A stretch of 63,652 nucleotides of DNA, counting the filler, from Nemertoderma westbladi (taxonomy: Eukaryota; Animalia; Xenacoelomorpha): the NCBI GenBank assembly GCA_032718475.1. It is 4 parts of 4 records of this genome, joined end to end, with 100 filler letters (N's around TTAATTAATTAA, not from the genome) between each part and the next. Parts side by side here need not be neighbours in the genome. Positions count along the whole stretch, not along the records: positions 35,051 to 60,103 come from JAUCBJ010007286.1; 3 more parts are not named here. One strand, written 5' to 3'. Each line of letters starts with the position of its first letter. Position 1 is the stretch's first letter. The translations under genes and the position numbers were made by a program. The notes below the pieces were generated by a model, which was given only the letters and a program-made list of their open reading frames with translations, had not been told where the DNA came from and did no database searches. Shown in pieces: positions 37,100 through 49,709 of the stretch.

Positions 37100-37345
37100 A
37101 TAGATAGAGAGAGCAAGCATTCGTCCTTGGGAGTTAGTGTGGCACCCTCCCAGTCTTACCGTAACAGCCGAGAGAGATGAGCACGGATTTTCATTTCGGT
37201 ACGAATGCTTTAAAGGGACTAGCCAGTAGCCAGGGCGCATCTCTACCTTGCATCCTTAAGTGGTAGCTAAATGAGTACTGGAGTTTCCTCTGGGGAGTAA
37301 AGTTCTGGGGGGACCGCACTGGAAATAAGTTGTCAGACTTTGTGC
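37100..37345 (+). mobile_element. SINE-like fragment with a Meta-domain-like core
   Basis: ACCTTGCATCCTTAAGTGGTAGCTAAATGAGTAC resembles, from memory, the conserved CCTT.CATCCTT...G....AAAT.AGTAC core of MetaSINEs. Confidence 0.4.
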
Positions 37346-37349
37346 GTAA

Positions 37350-38330
37350 TCCTTAGCGAACTGACAATGTTAGGGGGCGGGTCAGTGGCGTATCCAAGGG
37401 GGGGGGGGGGGAGTGGGGGGGGGGAGGGGGTGGGGGGGGATTCAGGAATCGATCCCCCTCCACTTATTGACAAGAAAACCTGATCAAACTATACGAGTTT
37501 TTAAAAATTGAGCTACACTATAATAGAACTACGTATATCATTATTGCCAGCAATTTCCAATTTGCCTCAGCCTCGACCAATTGAAAACCAACTTCTAAGG
37601 GAGTAAAGGCTGTATAAGGCTGTTGAATAAAAAACGAACAAAACAAAAAGGCTGTTGAACTTTTTAAACATGTTTTTGGCAGTCTCAAACTAGAGGCGAT
37701 CAGCTAAATGAAATCCTTAAAAAATTAAGAATATTTTGTGTTTCGGTATTTATTTTTTCATTCACAACTATAGTCATGTGATATATTTCATCACAAATTG
37801 GACGTCACATACTGTACACACACGTACTGTACTGTATATGTATAGTATACCTCCCCCTCCTCATGGCACTGCCCACAGTTTTGACACAAACTTCTGACCC
37901 CTCTTCCCTTTATTGACCGTGAAGTAATTATAAACAGCCCCTCAATAAAAACTGTAGATTTACAATTTAAATTTAAACGTTAAAAAACTCAAAATTGTTC
38001 TCTTTTTATTAAATTATTTTTATTTCCAAAATTTTTTCTCGAATTTTACTCACTATTAATCGTCCAAATCATCAAATCCTTTCCGGAATCCTGGCTACGC
38101 CGCTCTGGTGGGTCAATATTTACAAATAGTTGTTGTCGATGTCGTTGTCATCGTTGCTTTTTTAACATGCCAATAACTTGGCATGTTAAATTGATTCTGA
38201 CAGGTCTGATTTAAACCTGTCAATTTGAAAATTGGTAGGCATCAAAAGGACCAAAAGTTGAGATATTTGAGAGACTTCCAGTACACCATCAGTTCAACAG
38301 TTTCCCGCTATAGGTCTACATGTCTAAACA
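37350..38330 (-). mobile_element. Second copy of the 2985-3914 repeat family, interrupted by a MITE
   Basis: 37350-37382 and 38114-38330 are contiguous in the uninterrupted copy at 3640-3885. Confidence 0.6.
37383..38105. mobile_element. Old hAT-type MITE
   Basis: Ends CAGTGGCGTATCCA / TGGCTACGCCGCTC. Degenerate 8-bp TSD GGGCGGGT / TGGTGGGT; the empty site near 3855 reads GGGTGGGT on the minus strand. Confidence 0.65.
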
Positions 38331-38459
38331 TGGGCAGGAGCGTTGGCTAATGATACATTACTCTCCCGTCGGAAATGGCCCTTTTTATTACTCAGCCCAC
38401 AGCCCTGATAACCTTAATCCGGCTCTGACGTGCATCTACATGTAGCTTACTGTATTTAA

Positions 38460-39060
38460 TTGCGTTTTCCAATCTAATTGGTTGCCATTGGGGTGGGGAT
38501 ATAGTAAACTTGTAACCATTTTTAAATCTGGTGCCAGAAACGATTGTAACAACTATAGGGGAATTAGTATAATTGACTCTCTAGCTAAGATATATGATAT
38601 GCTAATTAATAATAGACTGGTACAATGGGCTAAGATTGATAACTGTCAGGCATTCGGGAAACGGGGGCCGTGGCTGTATAGAGCAGATAGTCTGTTTAAG
38701 ACTACTAATTGATTATTCAAAGTGCAAAAAAACAAAACTCTTTGTAATGTTTATAGATTTCCGAAAAGCGTATGATAAAGTTCCTAGGCTTAAGCTGTTA
38801 CGCTGTTTACTTAATAGCGGGTGCGGTAAGGTAATGAAAAATGCATTATTTACTTTATATACGATACTTTATATACTTTATGTACGAAATCAGTTTTAAA
38901 TACCGCTGTACTGTATTTATATAAACAGTATGGTAAACAAAATTCGTAGTGTGATACCGGTAGATGGGTTCTTAAAATATGTGCAAGTGTTACTCCTCAT
39001 GGATGACACAGTTATATTATCATCTTCCAGGGAAGGTTGCCGAAAAAATGAGTGATCTAC
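38460..39060 (+). pseudogene. Degraded LINE reverse transcriptase fragment
   Basis: IFKSG...CNNYRGISI, FIDFRKAYDKVPR and the catalytic block LLLMDDTVIL (about 38990-39019). Frameshifted and internally deleted. Confidence 0.85.
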
Positions 39061-39939
39061 TTAAAATGTGTTTTGTTGTTAACGAGGCGTTTGATCTATT
39101 AAGTAATTAGCAGAATTTGTAGTGGGGTATTATAATGAGGGGTGGGGCATATACGTACTGCGACTGTTTTCCCATTTTAACCCATAACCCTTTTGGTGAA
39201 TTCGGTTTGGTTATTATGTTCATCTGTATGTAGGGTTTATTAGTTCTCTGTATGTATTATGTTTATTTTTGTTATACTGTAAGACGATATTAACATGGAC
39301 AGTTGTTGTTAGTAGTGTTTTAGGGCGATCATAACTGATTTAATTGATTTAATTGTAAATTTATTGTGATCTTGGTGTCCGAAGTTTCACTATTACCAAT
39401 TATTGTCAATAAAATATATATAGCCTACTTTAGAGGCTATACATAAATATACGGAAAAGACTTAACCGAATTTATTTGGTGATTAGAGGTTTAGGCCTAC
39501 AACCTTCCCCCTTCCTGCCCTACTAACTATACAACATATACAGTATACCCTCGCCTCAGCCCTCAGCCAATCACAGCTAACTGAACTGACTTTCCTATCG
39601 GCATGCTCTTGCCCTAGGCATAAGCATGTTCCTAGTTAGAACAGTACAGTACATATCACCTTCAGAACCGGTACATAAAGTAACAGCGCTACTTTCTTGT
39701 GTTGCATGTCATATTGTACAGTCAGTCGAGTCAGACAGTCCACACTCATGTAAACCTGTACAGCTCTAGGCCTTGCCTTGGTTGCTCAGCCAAGACCTGA
39801 AGACTGAAGACATGCAGTACCGGTACCGCTGTAGCCTACCGGTACTATTTTACTGCTATTGCCAATTGCGCTATTCAGCTATTGGCTGGCCTACCATGTG
39901 GGTCGGTGGGTCTGACGCTGACCGTGCTTCTACTGCATC

Positions 39940-40560
39940 TATGCCAAGTGTACATGATCTTGCTCAATATGATAACTCGGAAGTGACTACCGCCATATCT
40001 GCTAACATTATGAAACTACCAGTTATTGGACATTACGATGAGCTATCGGACATGCAAACCCACATAATTGGTCTTATCTTCCATAATACTGGGATGCGAG
40101 AGTGTGTTCTGAAGAACATGCGACTAGGGGAATTTAGGAATTCAACTGTTAATAAAGCTGAAGGAGAAGCCGTTATTAGAGTACACTGACACAAGACGGC
40201 CAACACATTCGGCCCAGCCGATTTAACATTAAAGCTGGACTTATTTAAACTTTTGTGTAAGTGGGTTAAGTTCGGGCGGTATTTATATTGCGGGAAGAAA
40301 TTAGAAAACGATTCATAATTTGTATTTATTCAACGAAATGGAGAGCGTTTATCCAGTTCCAGCGCACAGCTGAACCGTCTGTGGCAAAAGGTAATCCCTG
40401 GATCAAGTAAGAAGGCGGGTGCAACTAGCATACGACATTCATACAGCTCGTTTAATCAACACAGTATCCTGGACAAGAATGTCACGTTGAGGGGGCTGCA
40501 ATGCAGATGGGGCATTCAGGTGTTACTCAGCGTCGAACGTATGACGCCGTTAAGACAGCA
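39940..40560 (+). pseudogene. Tyrosine recombinase (YR) catalytic domain relic
   Basis: Ordered motifs NTGMR (R at 40097), HKT...FGPA (40190), TSIRH (IRH at 40430) and MGHS..TQRRTY (40507-40542). Two in-frame stops (40187, 40316) and one frameshift near 40495. Confidence 0.8.
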
Positions 40561-40626
40561 TCACATGCTATCTCAGCAACGAGAAGACTCAGAAATGCCC
40601 GTTCCAGGTCCAGCACAGTACCGGTA

Positions 40627-40812
40627 CAGTTCCAGGTCGCCAAGAAACGGATGAAACAGTTCCAGGTCGCCAAGAAACAGATGAAACAGTTGCAGGTCGC
40701 CAAGAAACGGATGAAACAGTTCCAGGTCGCCAAGAAACGGATGAAACAGTTCCAGGTCGCCAAGAAATGGATGAAACAGTTCCAGGTCGCCAAGAAACGG
40801 ATGAAACAGTTT
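40627..40812. repeat. 30-bp tandem repeat, about 6 copies (reads QFQVAKKRMK in the YR C-terminal frame)
   Basis: Unit ACAGTTCCAGGTCGCCAAGAAACGGATGAA. Confidence 0.92.
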
Positions 40813-41436
40813 CACCTTTAAAATCCATTCGGAAATCATCCCAACCAATTTCAGCAACGAAAAGGCTCAGAAATGGCCACAGTTACGGCGGAAAGGTTTC
40901 TTATTGTAATACGATTCCACCTCCTCAAGCAGCGATGGAAACAGTTTCATCTTCTCAACAAGCAATTGACACTTCGGATTCGGATGTAGAAATAGAAGCA
41001 TTTCAAATTCCAGACAGGTTAGATCATATTATAGCATCGTAAGAGGGCGTTCATAAAGTGTATATGAATTGGCACATCCACAGTGCGTAAAGCTCCTAGG
41101 CTGCTTGTAAATATATCAATTAAGATTTTGTTAATTTGCACACTGTCACATGGGTTTCGTTAACTAAGGTCTATTTACAAATTTTAGATATATCTAGAAA
41201 AGGTATCCCTAAGGGTGTTGTCGGTTTTTTATTAGGTATAACTCAATTTTGTAATAAAATAAGTGACAAAATAATAGTGGTATATAGTTACGATTTCTCA
41301 AGCCCGAATCACACAAAAATGTATGCTTTTAGCCAATTTGAATTTTCTTACCAAAAATAGACGAAAATATTGTTATCTATGATGTGGCAAGCGTTTCACA
41401 ATCAGATCAAGCAGGCAGACCACACTGGAATCCTTA

Positions 41437-44400
41437 CAGGGTGCACCGGATTTATCCGGCGCGCATTGAAAAGCCTGGTGCGCAAATTTGGCGCGTTTTC
41501 ATAAAACGCGCCAAGCTTTGGCGCGCTGGCGCGCAAAAATTATTAATTGGACCTCGACCGCTCCACCTATCCCTACATACATCCCATACAGTCACCCTAT
41601 CAGCATTTATAATTTTACATAGATACCCCGTCGCTATGTAAATCCTAGATACCGGTACCAGGTGACCAACCAGTCTGCCTGCAGCTGCAATCAACTACCC
41701 GGTACCGCATACCTGTATGTGTGCTGTGTATGGTACTGTACCGGTACCATTATCTTCTGATCTGACCTTACACTACAGCAGTACAGCCTTAATGAAGTTG
41801 CAGTTTGCAGTAGGCTACTGCTATGTGTTATGTCGGTAGCTCAGTGGTCAGTGCTGTACCTGTGTACCGAGTACCGGCGTGCGATAGTGCTGTAGTGATA
41901 TATTTACTTCAGTTTCCTGCTTTCATTCAGTAGGCCTACCGTATGTTGTATGTCCGCTCCGCATGCATGTACTGTTACTGGTAGTACCCCCCCCCCCCAA
42001 TTGTTTGTTGTTAACCTACCTACTGCTACTGGCCTACTGCACTAGGCTTACATTCTGACATTACATACATTATAGGCTGACCTGACAGGATTAGGCTGTA
42101 TTATTATATTAATGATATTAAGAAGATTAACATTCGTTACTAATAACTAGTAGGCCCTATTTCATTTTGAGATTGTTTTATATAAATGTTTCTGCAGTGA
42201 GTGCACTGTACTGCTGCTGTGCTGCATACTCGATTGGGGGATGGGCAGACCACGGACGCCGACGCTGATAGCAGGATAGTGTGATTTTTCTGTTTGTATT
42301 TGGATTTCATGATGGATGACGAGAACAAGAACGAGTCATTTTCAGATAATGAAACCTTACCTGCCCAGTCACAGACAACAGTTAAAAGTACCGGTAGTGA
42401 TGCTGAACAAGCAACATAAGTTGAAATTATAGAAGAATTGCACCTCGCTAGTACCGGTACTTCGAGTACTACCAGCAGCACTGCAGGTTAGCCTTAGCCA
42501 TGCTTTAATTAGAAACTATATTAATTCGAAACCTTCTGACCTTCATACTTAATTAATTACGATACCGGTAAAAAACTGATTTAAGTTATTTTCTAGCCTA
42601 TGCCATACTCAGAGCCCCTACCTGCCTATTGACAGAGCCAACTGACATATATGACAAATGTGTACAAAGTGAATACCGGTACCCTACCTACCTACATTAA
42701 TCCATCATGATAACGCACTATGCAATGCAGGCATGGGGTGTTGGCATTGGGCCAGTAGTTCCATAAAACCTGAAATTAATTCATTGTTGGATGGATATTG
42801 TTTACCTGGTTTTGGTTACTGTTGCTGTTTAAAGGTATGGTGTAGTGTAGTTGCATTCTCATACTTTTAATATTTATACAGCTTAATTTTTTCATTACTC
42901 TTAGATTGGGATCAATTATTTAAACGAAAGGCAACCCACTCACCACCACAAATAACAAAGAAAACTAAACGTGATGAGGAGTCCTATTACTGTTTGGAGT
43001 GTCTCCGGAAAGGTCCAAATGGATTAAAGTCATTACAGTCGTGTTCGGTTGGGAGGAGTCGCGAACATAAGCGTCATAAGGATCGCCACCACAAGGATCT
43101 GCATTCCTCTAAAAGTACTCTAATATCGAAATATGATCCGAGTACATCTGAACTTGTAAACAAATTCAAGGTCCCCCCCAGTAAAACGAGAGAATCACGA
43201 ACAACAGAGGGACCATCCATCCTACGCCAGATTAGTGCTGAGACACCATCCACCCAACACCAGGAGCAGGCTATTGTAGAACCATTGTCGTCAATAAGTA
43301 CTGATATTGCAAGTGCTATACCGGTATCAGTTTTATTACCCCTAAATATAACAGCTGCGGAGAGTGAGATTTGTGAAGAAGATTTAACCTCATCTTCTCC
43401 CCCACCATCGACTTTATCCATTGGTCATGATATTGATCGCCCAACACGACCATCTTCGTGGTTTTCTAATGCACCCTCTAGTACTTCCTCAATATCATCT
43501 GAATTAAAGTCCATGGAGAATAGGATATTGGATGCCTTAAAGATTTGCAATTAAGTCCAGTTCCTAAGCCGCTACCACAACCAGAAGGTGCAGCGGATAG
43601 TTATATTGACTGGAACGCTATAAAAGCACTAGATGATGTGCCAGAATGTATCTGTTCAACTGTGTCCACGGACAATGTAGTGCGTATTATATGTGATATA
43701 TGTTCCAGATTTTACTTGGAAACAGGACGAAAGCTTGTTTCCCAATCTCTCGCTGCTGGATTAGTGTACAGGGGTGAAAAGGCAGTGAAAATAGTATCCG
43801 CTGAGGGAAATGAGTGGGTGAGATTGAAAAGCCTTATAAAACATCATATAGGTTTAATGGATGGATGCGCCCACATGCAGGCTCTGTACTATAACAACAA
43901 ATGTCGCACATATGAGAAACGTAGCCAATTAGTTATGTTTAATTTGGTTACAGCTTGTTTGACTGTGGTAAAGGAGAAAGCAGCTGCACAGCATTACGAA
44001 ACACAAATAGCTTGCTTGAAGTTAACTGGAGCAGATGTTGGATACCTGGGCCATAGCAGGAAGAACGTGCCCCAAATACTAGATGCCGCAGCTACTGTAA
44101 TAGATTTAACAGTTGAAAAGTATCTGAAGACACCCTTAGAGTCAACTGGGTTAAGCCCACATTTCTGGACAACAGTGGATAAAAGTACGCCGGGCCGTAC
44201 CACAAATCAGGCTATATTAATCTGCCCCGTTATCAATGGCAAACGGGAGGCTGTGTTTGTCAATTCCCCAAAAGTATATGATATATTAGACAATGAATTT
44301 ACTGGTGGCAGTTTAACCGAGCTGTCAAAGGAGACAATAACGCAAATTAAGACTACATATAATTTGGTCCCTGAAGATTTATCTCGTTTGGTTGGGGTTA

Positions 44401-46475
44401 AGCGCCGATGGTGCCTACAGGTCAGCCTCCTTTAAGGACGTTTTAGCTGCGGAGTGTGGAGGGAATGTCGTTCCAGATTTTACTGTCTTGTGGGATGGGG
44501 CACACTTGATTGACCTGGTTGTCACCGACATAAAGTCAAGTAAGATTGGATATTCTGCTAAATATTTGAATAGAGTTATACGCCGAACAAATATATTTAG
44601 AACTGATCTTAAGCATGGTAAGAAATTCGAGCAGATGATATTGGTGTCGAATATATTAAATCAGAAGCCACTGAATGCCTTAAGCTATTCCGACACACGC
44701 TTTACGAGTAGCTCATACAATGCTATGCAACGTGTTGAATCGAACTATGAAGTTTTTGCTACCACAATTATTGACTATGGCGGTGGTGACCTAGATACGG
44801 AAAAGAGCTACAATATCCATGGACGAGATTATTTATTTGATCTGTGTGTAGTTCTGGATGTCCTTCACCCGATAATTACGCTGATGCTACGCCTCCAAGA
44901 TCTGCAGCTCCCTTGTTGGAAGGTCAGTAAAAAAATATATTTGATTTTCTATACTTTTATTTTATAGTAACTAGCCTTGCTTTGCTTGATTAAATAATAG
45001 AGTAATAAATATAAATATTATTAAATTAATTATTAAAATTAAATTATATATAACTGAAGAATATAATCAGTAATTGTCCATCATGACAACACAAGGGGTG
45101 TTTTATTATTATTTATTTATTATATTATGTATTTATAATATCTAATATTTATTTATATTATATATTATTTATTTATATTATCCAATCTGCTAATTCCTGT
45201 TAGCTAGTATTTAAATTTATTGATAATAATAATTAACTCGCTAATAATACTCTCGGCTTTATGTAACTTCATAATTTTGTAATAAAATAATTTTCAGCAA
45301 ATATATTAATTGTGTTCGAATAGATTGTTAGATGGATTCCCCGGGTACGACACCAACTACAGGTAATTCAGGAGTCTCTTCATTCCGTGGAGATGGAGAC
45401 GAGTTCCATACACAAGCTGCCAATGCCAGTTCTAGAGAGACACATGGCAGAGATATGTAATCAAAAGAAATTCAATAACATAGATCTAGACGATGGCTGG
45501 ATTATAGTCAAACAGACACAATCATTAGGAGGCGGCAAGATTGATTTCTGGGAGATGAGAGAAGTGGCAGATTGTTTAAGTGATGGTCACTGTTTTGTCG
45601 ATGACATAATAAATTCATTGGACCGAAGAGAACTGATAATTAAAGACCTAGTTTATGAATTATCCGAAGCATTCGACTTTACGATATATATAGACTTTCT
45701 TTGTGGTTATCAACCTGGTACCCACGGGCTTCAGCCCATCCGACTGATTGGTGGCGAAGCCGCATTTGGTACTGCCGGTGTCTTTGAGTGGGACCATGTA
45801 TATAATAAATTACAAAAACTTGACCTTGATTTCCCACTAGAGGAAATGTCCCATGTAAGTCTAGAAGACTTCAAAGCATCACTACGGTGGCTGATGTGGA
45901 GTGATGATAGTGAGGCAGGGCGATTACGAGTTTCGGTATTCATTAGGCCAGTGGGAAAAACACCTTCCGAAATGCCCATGTCAGCACCAATATCCATCCA
46001 GAAAATCATATGTCTTCCACATCAGCAAGATGATCTAACAGATCAATATGAATTCGAATTCAGAGGGGATAAGATAAAGTACATTACCTACTTAAATGAG
46101 GCGGCCATAATCAAAGCATTATATACCAATAAATCATTCTATACACGAGTCGGTAGAGTGGCTTGTACAGTGTATGATGTCCAGCTTGCAAGAGGGGGGC
46201 CGGAAGCTATTTATGAAAGTGTTTATTCTGTGATGGGTACGCAAAGACAAGAGTGCGGTCAGTCAAATAAAACATTGGAAAATCGCACGAAATGTGATTG
46301 GATGCTTCCAGTTCCAATTGCCTGCCCAAACACTCTGAAAGAAATTGTGACGCTATATCTAAAAAAACATAAACCCCCAGTCCTAAAAATGACTGACCCA
46401 AGAACGCAGTTGCAGCCTGGCCATGGTCAAGTTATCAAACGTATACAGACGAAAACTAAATATTTATTTGATTAA
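41437..46475 (+). mobile_element. Divergent hAT-superfamily transposon: candidate left end plus inactivated 3-exon transposase (42309-42486, 42905-44922, 45324-46475)
   Basis: CAGGGTGCACC start with GGCGCG subterminal motifs. Zn-finger-like CLEC...HKDRHH, then VDKST (D1), SADGA (D2), WDGAH, DTRF.SS and EAIYESVYSVM (E). Both introns are GT-AG and in phase. One stop in exon 1 and frameshifts near 43545 and 44400. No right TIR found. Confidence 0.75.
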
Positions 46476-46610
46476 ATTCGTCATTGAATAGTAATACTGA
46501 ATCAACTTAGACTTAAATTCTATGCAAATTTTGCCTATTATTAATCTACGCCTATTTGCAATAGGGAAAGAGGATTGAATTGGGGGGGGGGGGGGGGGTG
46601 TAGTGTTGAT

Positions 46611-46776
46611 CAGGGATGGCATAACGAAAACGAAACAAAGCATAGTTGCTAATAATGAAACGAAAAAATAATGTAAGGTAAAAATGCCAAACGAAATAAA
46701 AACACAAGCAAATAACGAAACAAAATAATATAAGTTTCGTTTTTTTCTTTTGTTTCGTTTCGTTATGCCATCCCTG
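46611..46776. mobile_element. hAT-type MITE, 166 bp
   Basis: TIR CAGGGATGGCATAACGAAA / TTTCGTTATGCCATCCCTG. Perfect 8-bp TSD GTGTTGAT (46603-46610, 46777-46784). Confidence 0.93.
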
Positions 46777-47186
46777 GTGTTGATTTTATAGAGGCTTTTA
46801 AATTTTGTGGTTTGAGGGGGGGAGGGGGGGCTTTTCTGTTATAACGATTTTTATTTCACTTTAAGAATGATGTAGTCCTACTCTACTTGCACTATACCAT
46901 TAGCAGTTTAATAAATCGAAGGCCAAGGGGTGTGGGGGGGTAGAAGAGTCAGGATTGTAATTTGTTTAAATACAGTGTAATTGTCAATGATTCTCTTATC
47001 TTATGATTGATTTTTTTATGTGTTATAATGCATTTTCTACATTCTTCTATCACTTAAGGGAGGGGGGGGGGGGGGGGGGGGGAATAGAGGTAGGTTTGTA
47101 ATTCGTGTAAATACAGTATGTAATAATTGTCAACAATTATCTTATCTTATGATTGATTTTTTATTTAATGTGTTTAATGCAATTAC

Positions 47187-48210
47187 TGTGATGATATACT
47201 GTACGCATCTACTACGCGGATGCAGCCCGCGCTGCTTATACCTAGAGATACCCGCGTGACACGCGATGACGTCACAGTCAGACTACTGCTACGCGCGCTA
47301 TGCAGCCCATAGCCTAGCGCTCTGCTTATCCGGCATACTGGCATATACTGTCTCTGTACCGTACTGCTGTAGGGGTCCTTCAAGGACACAGGTCTGGACT
47401 CCGGACTCTGTCGAACACTGCCACACTATCGTTGTGTGTACCGCATTGTATTCCTCATACATTCTATTCTACATTATATGATCGTGATTTATGTTGATAT
47501 TTCTCCACCTCATATTCTCATATGCTCAGTGCATATCCCCATATGGTGCAGTTGTGTTCCTGCTACCTCTAAGAGCTGCAGTCGAACTTCGCGGTAATCT
47601 CCGGACAGATTGAACATACCGAAAGAGGCCTACACCTACATAAGAGTACGCGAGTACCGGTACATCATGTCGAGAGGTCGACAAGCAAGTGACTCGGACC
47701 CGGACACGGATGCTACCGAACCGGCCACCGGCACGCCTACAGGCATCACCGACCTGCGACTCGAACTCTTCCAACAGCAGGCCCACGCGGATGCGCGAGT
47801 CGACAAACTTACTGCTCTACTGGTCCAGCAGCAGGCGGACGCCACCCTGCAGCGAGCAGATGCGGACGCTCGGATGGCGCAACTGATTGCCGCCCTCCAG
47901 GTCCAACAAGGCGCGGTCCCTGCCGCAGCTGCACCTCCCACCCCTGCTGCGGGACAACCTGCCGCCGCGGGCCCGGCACCGGGAGCCGACCCGCCACATC
48001 GACGCCGCGTTTTAGACATAACCGGCCTCGAAAAAATCGATGGGGACATCGAGTTTACCCCATTCCGACGTTGGAGGGAGGCTTGGCGGGTGCACGCGCA
48101 CCGCCAGCAAGCCTCAACTTTCCACCGAGACGCACAGGTCTACGCCCTCGTGTCCGCTCTTGGCCGGGACCTCCAGCAGACCCTGACGGTCACCCTACGT
48201 GTCGACATCT
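47187..48210 (+). mobile_element. 5' part of a Gypsy-like LTR retrotransposon: LTR 47187-47541, PBS 47544-47554, gag-like ORF from 47667
   Basis: TG...CA block followed 2 nt later by TGGTGCAGTTG, similar to a tRNA-Ser PBS TGGCGCAGTCG with two CpG transitions. GC-rich ORF with coiled-coil QQQ..A and F..W...W gag-like pattern. Confidence 0.6.
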
Positions 48211-48219
48211 ACGTTAACA

Positions 48220-49597
48220 ATGTTAACGCCTTTTCGTGGTAAGTGTAGCTTCAGGCAGTACATGAAGAGTAAGCCAGCTAAATATGGTCTCAAGGTGTGG
48301 TGGCTGTGCGATGCTACCACTTTCTATCCAATAAGTGGGCAGGTTTACTTAGGCAAGCAACCCGGGCCTGCTGGCCGTGAAGTCAATCAAGGAAAGCATG
48401 TTGTGCTGGATCTAATTGATACCATAAAGAACTCAGGGCGCAATATTTGTGCGAACAGCTTTTTTTCCAGTTTAGCCCTTGTGAATGAACTGCGACAGCT
48501 CAAACTTTCATACCTAGGTACAATACGCAAGAACAAGCCAGAGCTGCCACAGGAGTTTACCACTGTTGGGTCAAGGCCACCGCTTTCCAGCTTGTTTGGT
48601 CACCAGGAAACTGCAACAATAGTCTCCTACATCACTGCAGAAGATCAGAAGAAGAATGTGACACTAATTTCTTCAATGCACTACAATCAAAAGTGTGTTG
48701 ATACTGCTGTGATGAAACCGGAGATGATTGTGGATTATAATCACTGCAAATGTGGTGTCGATATTATGGACAAGATGGTTACGATGATGACAGTCCGTCG
48801 TGGAACTTTTCGATGGCCACAGAAATTGTTTTATACAATGGTTGATGTGGCTGGAATTGCTTCATATGTTATATTTAAGCTTTATTATCCTTCCCCTGGC
48901 AAACGTTCAAATACAGACAGGAGGAAATTTCTTCTGTCTCTTTCTGAAGGTTTACTCAAGGTGGCCATTCAATCACGTAAACTGAGCTGTCACATCCCAC
49001 AGCAGTCACACAGCCTGGCTGTGGCTATTAAAGGACAGTCACCTTCTTCCAGCCAAGGAATTGTTGTAAGTGGAACACGCAAGAGGAAGCGGTGTTTCCT
49101 TTGGCCCGCCGCATCGGACATTAAAACTGTTGGCATCTGCCAGAAATGTACAAAACCTGTTTGTAAACGGCACCGACATGAACTGATAAACTGTGAAATG
49201 TGTGTAAATGAATGATATGATAAATAAATATATACTCATTGTATGCCCTTCATAAATTTCTTAAACTTTGTCTGTTGAATGTGCTCTTTGTGTTTTATGC
49301 TTATATTAGTAAAATTATTCTACTTTCGCTGATTATTGGAACTTTATATCAATCAATCAATAATTGTTCAATCAATCAATAATTGATCAATCAATCAATA
49401 ATTGATCAATCAATCAAAAAAATAAATCGATTAAACTGGCAACCAACCTCAAGGGAAACTGGTGGGCAGTTGTTATTTTAATTGATGTAATTATTAGTTG
49501 TATATTTATTTTACTTTCTTGTGACTTAAAATAACTCGGGTCGTTTGTGACCCGGAATGGCCAACGACGTGGGCGAAAAAAAGCGGCCATGGGTGGG
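48220..49597 (+). mobile_element. piggyBac transposon, 3' half (PGBD4-like transposase ending 49215) with right end
   Basis: PFRGKCSFRQYMKSKPAKYGLK, YLGTIRKNK, YN..K.GVD.MD, RWP and a Cys-rich C-terminus. The second catalytic D is replaced by A (ANSFFSS). Subterminal palindrome CGGGTC..GACCCG and GGG|TTAT end. Confidence 0.88.
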
Positions 49598-49709
49598 TTA
49601 TGGGGGCGAGGATGCCTAGAAACAGCTATAAGATAGCGAAAGTTGGGCCGCTTTTTCCAGGGAAGAGCGAGAAGCAAATATATGCCTGGTTAAATACTAT
49701 AAAATACTA

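Noticed and set aside
40187-40189. TGA in the YR frame as selenocysteine or readthrough
   Set aside because: A second stop (TAA) and a frameshift in the same domain indicate ordinary decay.
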